Shown: in pieces, positions 61,482 to 64,000 of the stretch
Numbering within the stretch: the stretch's first letter is position 1
How the letters are laid out: every line of letters begins with the position of its first letter
Notes under the pieces: generated by a model
Told to the model about the DNA's origin: nothing
Database searches by the model: none
What the model saw: the letters and a program-made list of their open reading frames with translations, nothing else
Translations under genes and position numbers: made by a program
Origin: Candidatus Poribacteria bacterium
GTDB lineage: Bacteria; Poribacteria; WGA-4E; PCPOR2b
Assembly (NCBI GenBank): GCA_965208675.1
Contig: OZ242351.1
Span: 4,480,001 to 4,544,000, forward strand
DNA: 64,000 nucleotides
Direction: 5' to 3'

Positions 61482-62528
61482 TTATCTTGCCGCTGAACTG
61501 CCCAACTGCTTAACCCATCCCCAACTCAGCGGCTGCTTGCCCGCGGGAGATACGGCAAATTCGACCACAAAATCGGGATCGAACCAAGCGGGTCCACGGT
61601 TAATCGATCCAGCTTCTCCAATAACCGGCAGGTTAAACCGATTTTCGTGATTTCCCTTTCCCGCTGCATTCTTCACATCGTAGATGACTATCCAAGCGGA
61701 ACCGCCCGCGAACATAATCGTTGCCACTTGTTTGTCGTTCGGATTCCAGGTTATATCTTGTTTTTCTTCTTGGCTAAAGATTTCAAAAATGTTTTGGGCT
61801 CCGTCTTCGCCAGCTTCGGCGTCCATTACCCACACATTTCCGGTTCCGTCTCGCCGCGTAATCCATGCAATCCGGTCTCCTTCGAACGAAAATTCCGGTT
61901 GAATGTCCTCGCCCTTATGATTTGTATAGTTGACCTGGTTTCCGCCATCGGAATTCATCACGTAGATGTCTCCGAGCGTGCGTCCACGTTTGGATGAGAA
62001 CGTAATCCGCCGTCCGTCCGGCGACCAAGAGGGCATTTTGTCAGGGGCGGGGTCGTTTGTGAGATTGGCAATAATATTGCCGCCATCCGACATTACATAA
62101 ATTTCGAGGTCCCCGTCCCGATCGGAAGCGATGGCGAGCTTTCTGCCGCCAGGGTGCCAGTCGGGCCAGCTATCTACCCCTTCATGATCGGTGATTCGCC
62201 GCAGGTTCTTGCCGTTGGCGTCAACGATATAGATATCGGTATTTTTCTGCGACGTCGCATGGAACGCAAGTTTTCGGCCATCCGGCGACCATTCAAGTCC
62301 AAGCGGCCGCGGGTCGTCATTATCTGTTGCAATGTCGAACAATGCATTCACAGCACCGCCGCCTTTCCCTTCAGGATTAGTCAAAAAAATTGTTTCCTCG
62401 CCGGCTACAGCTATTGTCGCATCGTTGGGTGCGAGCGCCTGCCCGCCCATAGGAAAAACGAGGTTGATTAGGATTACCAAGTTGGAGAATGCCAAGATTC
62501 TCAAAGTGAATAGCGTTCTGTTTTGCAT
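61482..62528 (-). CDS. secreted TolB-like (PD40) beta-propeller protein, copy B
   Basis: Near-identical to 59643-60683. Confidence 0.88.
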   Translation of the reverse strand: MQNRTLFTLRILAFSNLVILINLVFPMGGQALAPNDATIAVAGEETIFLTNPEGKGGGAVNALFDIATDNDDPRPLGLEWSPDGRKLAFHATSQKNTDIYIVDANGKNLRRITDHEGVDSWPDWHPGGRKLAIASDRDGDLEIYVMSDGGNIIANLTNDPAPDKMPSWSPDGRRITFSSKRGRTLGDIYVMNSDGGNQVNYTNHKGEDIQPEFSFEGDRIAWITRRDGTGNVWVMDAEAGEDGAQNIFEIFSQEEKQDITWNPNDKQVATIMFAGGSAWIVIYDVKNAAGKGNHENRFNLPVIGEAGSINRGPAWFDPDFVVEFAVSPAGKQPLSWGWVKQLGSSAAR

Positions 62529-62718
62529 AAGTCTTGCCTCCTCTTTACAATTTGAAAATTCACGGCAAACGCCGTTTATCTAAAAACTTCCCGAGAACCA
62601 ATTGGAATAGTAAATTAATTTGTATCCAGTGTTGTGCTGCAGCTTAATTTCGCTTGTACGCTGCGCTCTCATGTAACTTATATGTACAGCCGCGCAATCT
62701 CTGGACGAGCCGTAGTGC

Positions 62719-64000
62719 CTACTCAACCATGCCAATTTTCGCCGCCTCGGGCGCGCGTGTCGGCAAACTCTGTGTTGCAAGCGGATCCTCCGGAACGTAG
62801 CGAGAGTAATCTGAAATCTTTCCGTGGGTCAATGAGTAAATTGCTACGTTGGTCATAAACCGATATACGCCGGGAGAATAGTGCACGGCCCGCGATGGCA
62901 GGCTTACCGCCTCCATCGCGCACATGTAATCGCGGCGGACCAACAGCACCGAAAGATTTTCGCCGACGGAGATACCTTCGAGGAAATTGCGTTTTGGTGC
63001 TTTTGTGCCAAACCAAAATACATCGAACCCGATCGGCGGGCCGCCCATCTCGTAGAAGTTGTTATACACCTCGTGGTCGTTGGGAATCCGTTCGAACTGG
63101 TATTCCGGTATCACATAGCGCATTTGAGCCACGAATATGCGAAAAAAGGTTTGCCCACCCCATTGCATACCGCAATCGTCAAAGACTAGGAATCCACCCC
63201 TATCCACGAGGTATCGCCGCAACCCAGCCGCCTCCGGTTCAGTGAACCTGCTATTCAGTGCCGTGCCTAAACGGCCCTTGTTCAAAAATCTACGCACGAT
63301 AACAGGGGCATGGCCTGTGAAAAACGCAATTGGCGTTTTTTGCAAGTTGGCGTCCGTTAATTTCACCGCGCCGCCTTCAACATTCATGTCCGCCTTAATG
63401 TTCGTCCGTTCATTGAGCCATTTAGTCAGCGCATTCAGCGATGACGCATCTGCCCACCAATCGGCAAGATTGTGCCGGATTCGTGCAAATCGGAAGACGC
63501 CTTGAATGTCGCGTCCTTTACCAATGACGCGGCCCCCAGGCTCACCCCTCGGCAGCGGCGGAACGACTACATTGCCGAGCGTGATGCTTTCTACTACATC
63601 TCCTAATGCATCTCGTGCAGCACCAACCTGCTCAACCATCGTCAGCTCCGGTGAACGTTCAAATGCAACCTTCACCTGAACTATCCCGCCCGCAATCCCG
63701 CGTCCAAAATTCGACGGGCCGGCGCTTGGTGCAGACGCAACAGATCCAGACCACGCCGATGCGCCCGGCGCATCTGATACCGGCAAATCGGCATGAGTCG
63801 TTACTTGAGGAACCCGGGCGTTCGGATTAACGACTTTGGGAACATTAGGATTGATGGGTTGGTCTAGTTTGACGACTTTATTCGAAAATTCGAGCACGGT
63901 TTGTGGCTCGATAGTAGACGTACGAACGACCGCAGCGGTTGTGACTCTGGGTTGAACCTGAACTTGTTCAACGACAACGGTGTTATCCGTTGGAATAGTC
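62719..64000 (-). CDS. DUF4159-like domain protein with Pro/Gly-rich linker, N-terminus beyond the window
   Basis: FRFARIRH..DWWAD, FFTGH, LRRYLVDRGGFLVFDDCG, IPNDHEVY; frame open toward the window end. Confidence 0.7.
   Translation of the reverse strand, partial: TIPTDNTVVVEQVQVQPRVTTAAVVRTSTIEPQTVLEFSNKVVKLDQPINPNVPKVVNPNARVPQVTTHADLPVSDAPGASAWSGSVASAPSAGPSNFGRGIAGGIVQVKVAFERSPELTMVEQVGAARDALGDVVESITLGNVVVPPLPRGEPGGRVIGKGRDIQGVFRFARIRHNLADWWADASSLNALTKWLNERTNIKADMNVEGGAVKLTDANLQKTPIAFFTGHAPVIVRRFLNKGRLGTALNSRFTEPEAAGLRRYLVDRGGFLVFDDCGMQWGGQTFFRIFVAQMRYVIPEYQFERIPNDHEVYNNFYEMGGPPIGFDVFWFGTKAPKRNFLEGISVGENLSVLLVRRDYMCAMEAVSLPSRAVHYSPGVYRFMTNVAIYSLTHGKISDYSRYVPEDPLATQSLPTRAPEAAKIGMVE

Overview
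Bacterial chromosomal window of about 50% GC. It is probably Candidatus Poribacteria or a relative, inferred from the secreted WD40 and TolB-like proteins carrying a 'V[ES]PxGKxxT[LW]GxIK' motif and a 'LLQN[FY]PNPFNPETWIPYQLA' C-terminal domain; no database check was possible. The first ~45 kb is mostly housekeeping and transport: sodA, a Val T-box-controlled ilvBNC operon, an OGG1-like glycosylase, a ZapB-like protein, a TatT-type TRAP transporter, a MATE pump, a LolA-like/ABC/outer-membrane operon, a PyrR-attenuated HD-pyrR-pyrC-carAB operon without pyrB, gap and rsmB. A REP-rich patch at 9-13.6 kb holds a PRTase + DprA-like (ShosTA-like) pair and a sigma54-driven VWA gene. The last ~19 kb is accessory: a decayed IS630, a hexaheme cytochrome c, five tandem secreted 14-blade WD40 paralogues behind a sigma54 promoter, and a duplicated DUF4159-like/TolB-like unit. 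The best candidates for new biology are a shared C-terminal motif on unrelated secreted beta-propellers (possible lineage-specific sorting signal), the WD40 array as a diversified binding repertoire, and REP-bounded mini-elements with exchangeable cores. All calls come from reading the sequence and ORF track; family names are recalled, not searched.
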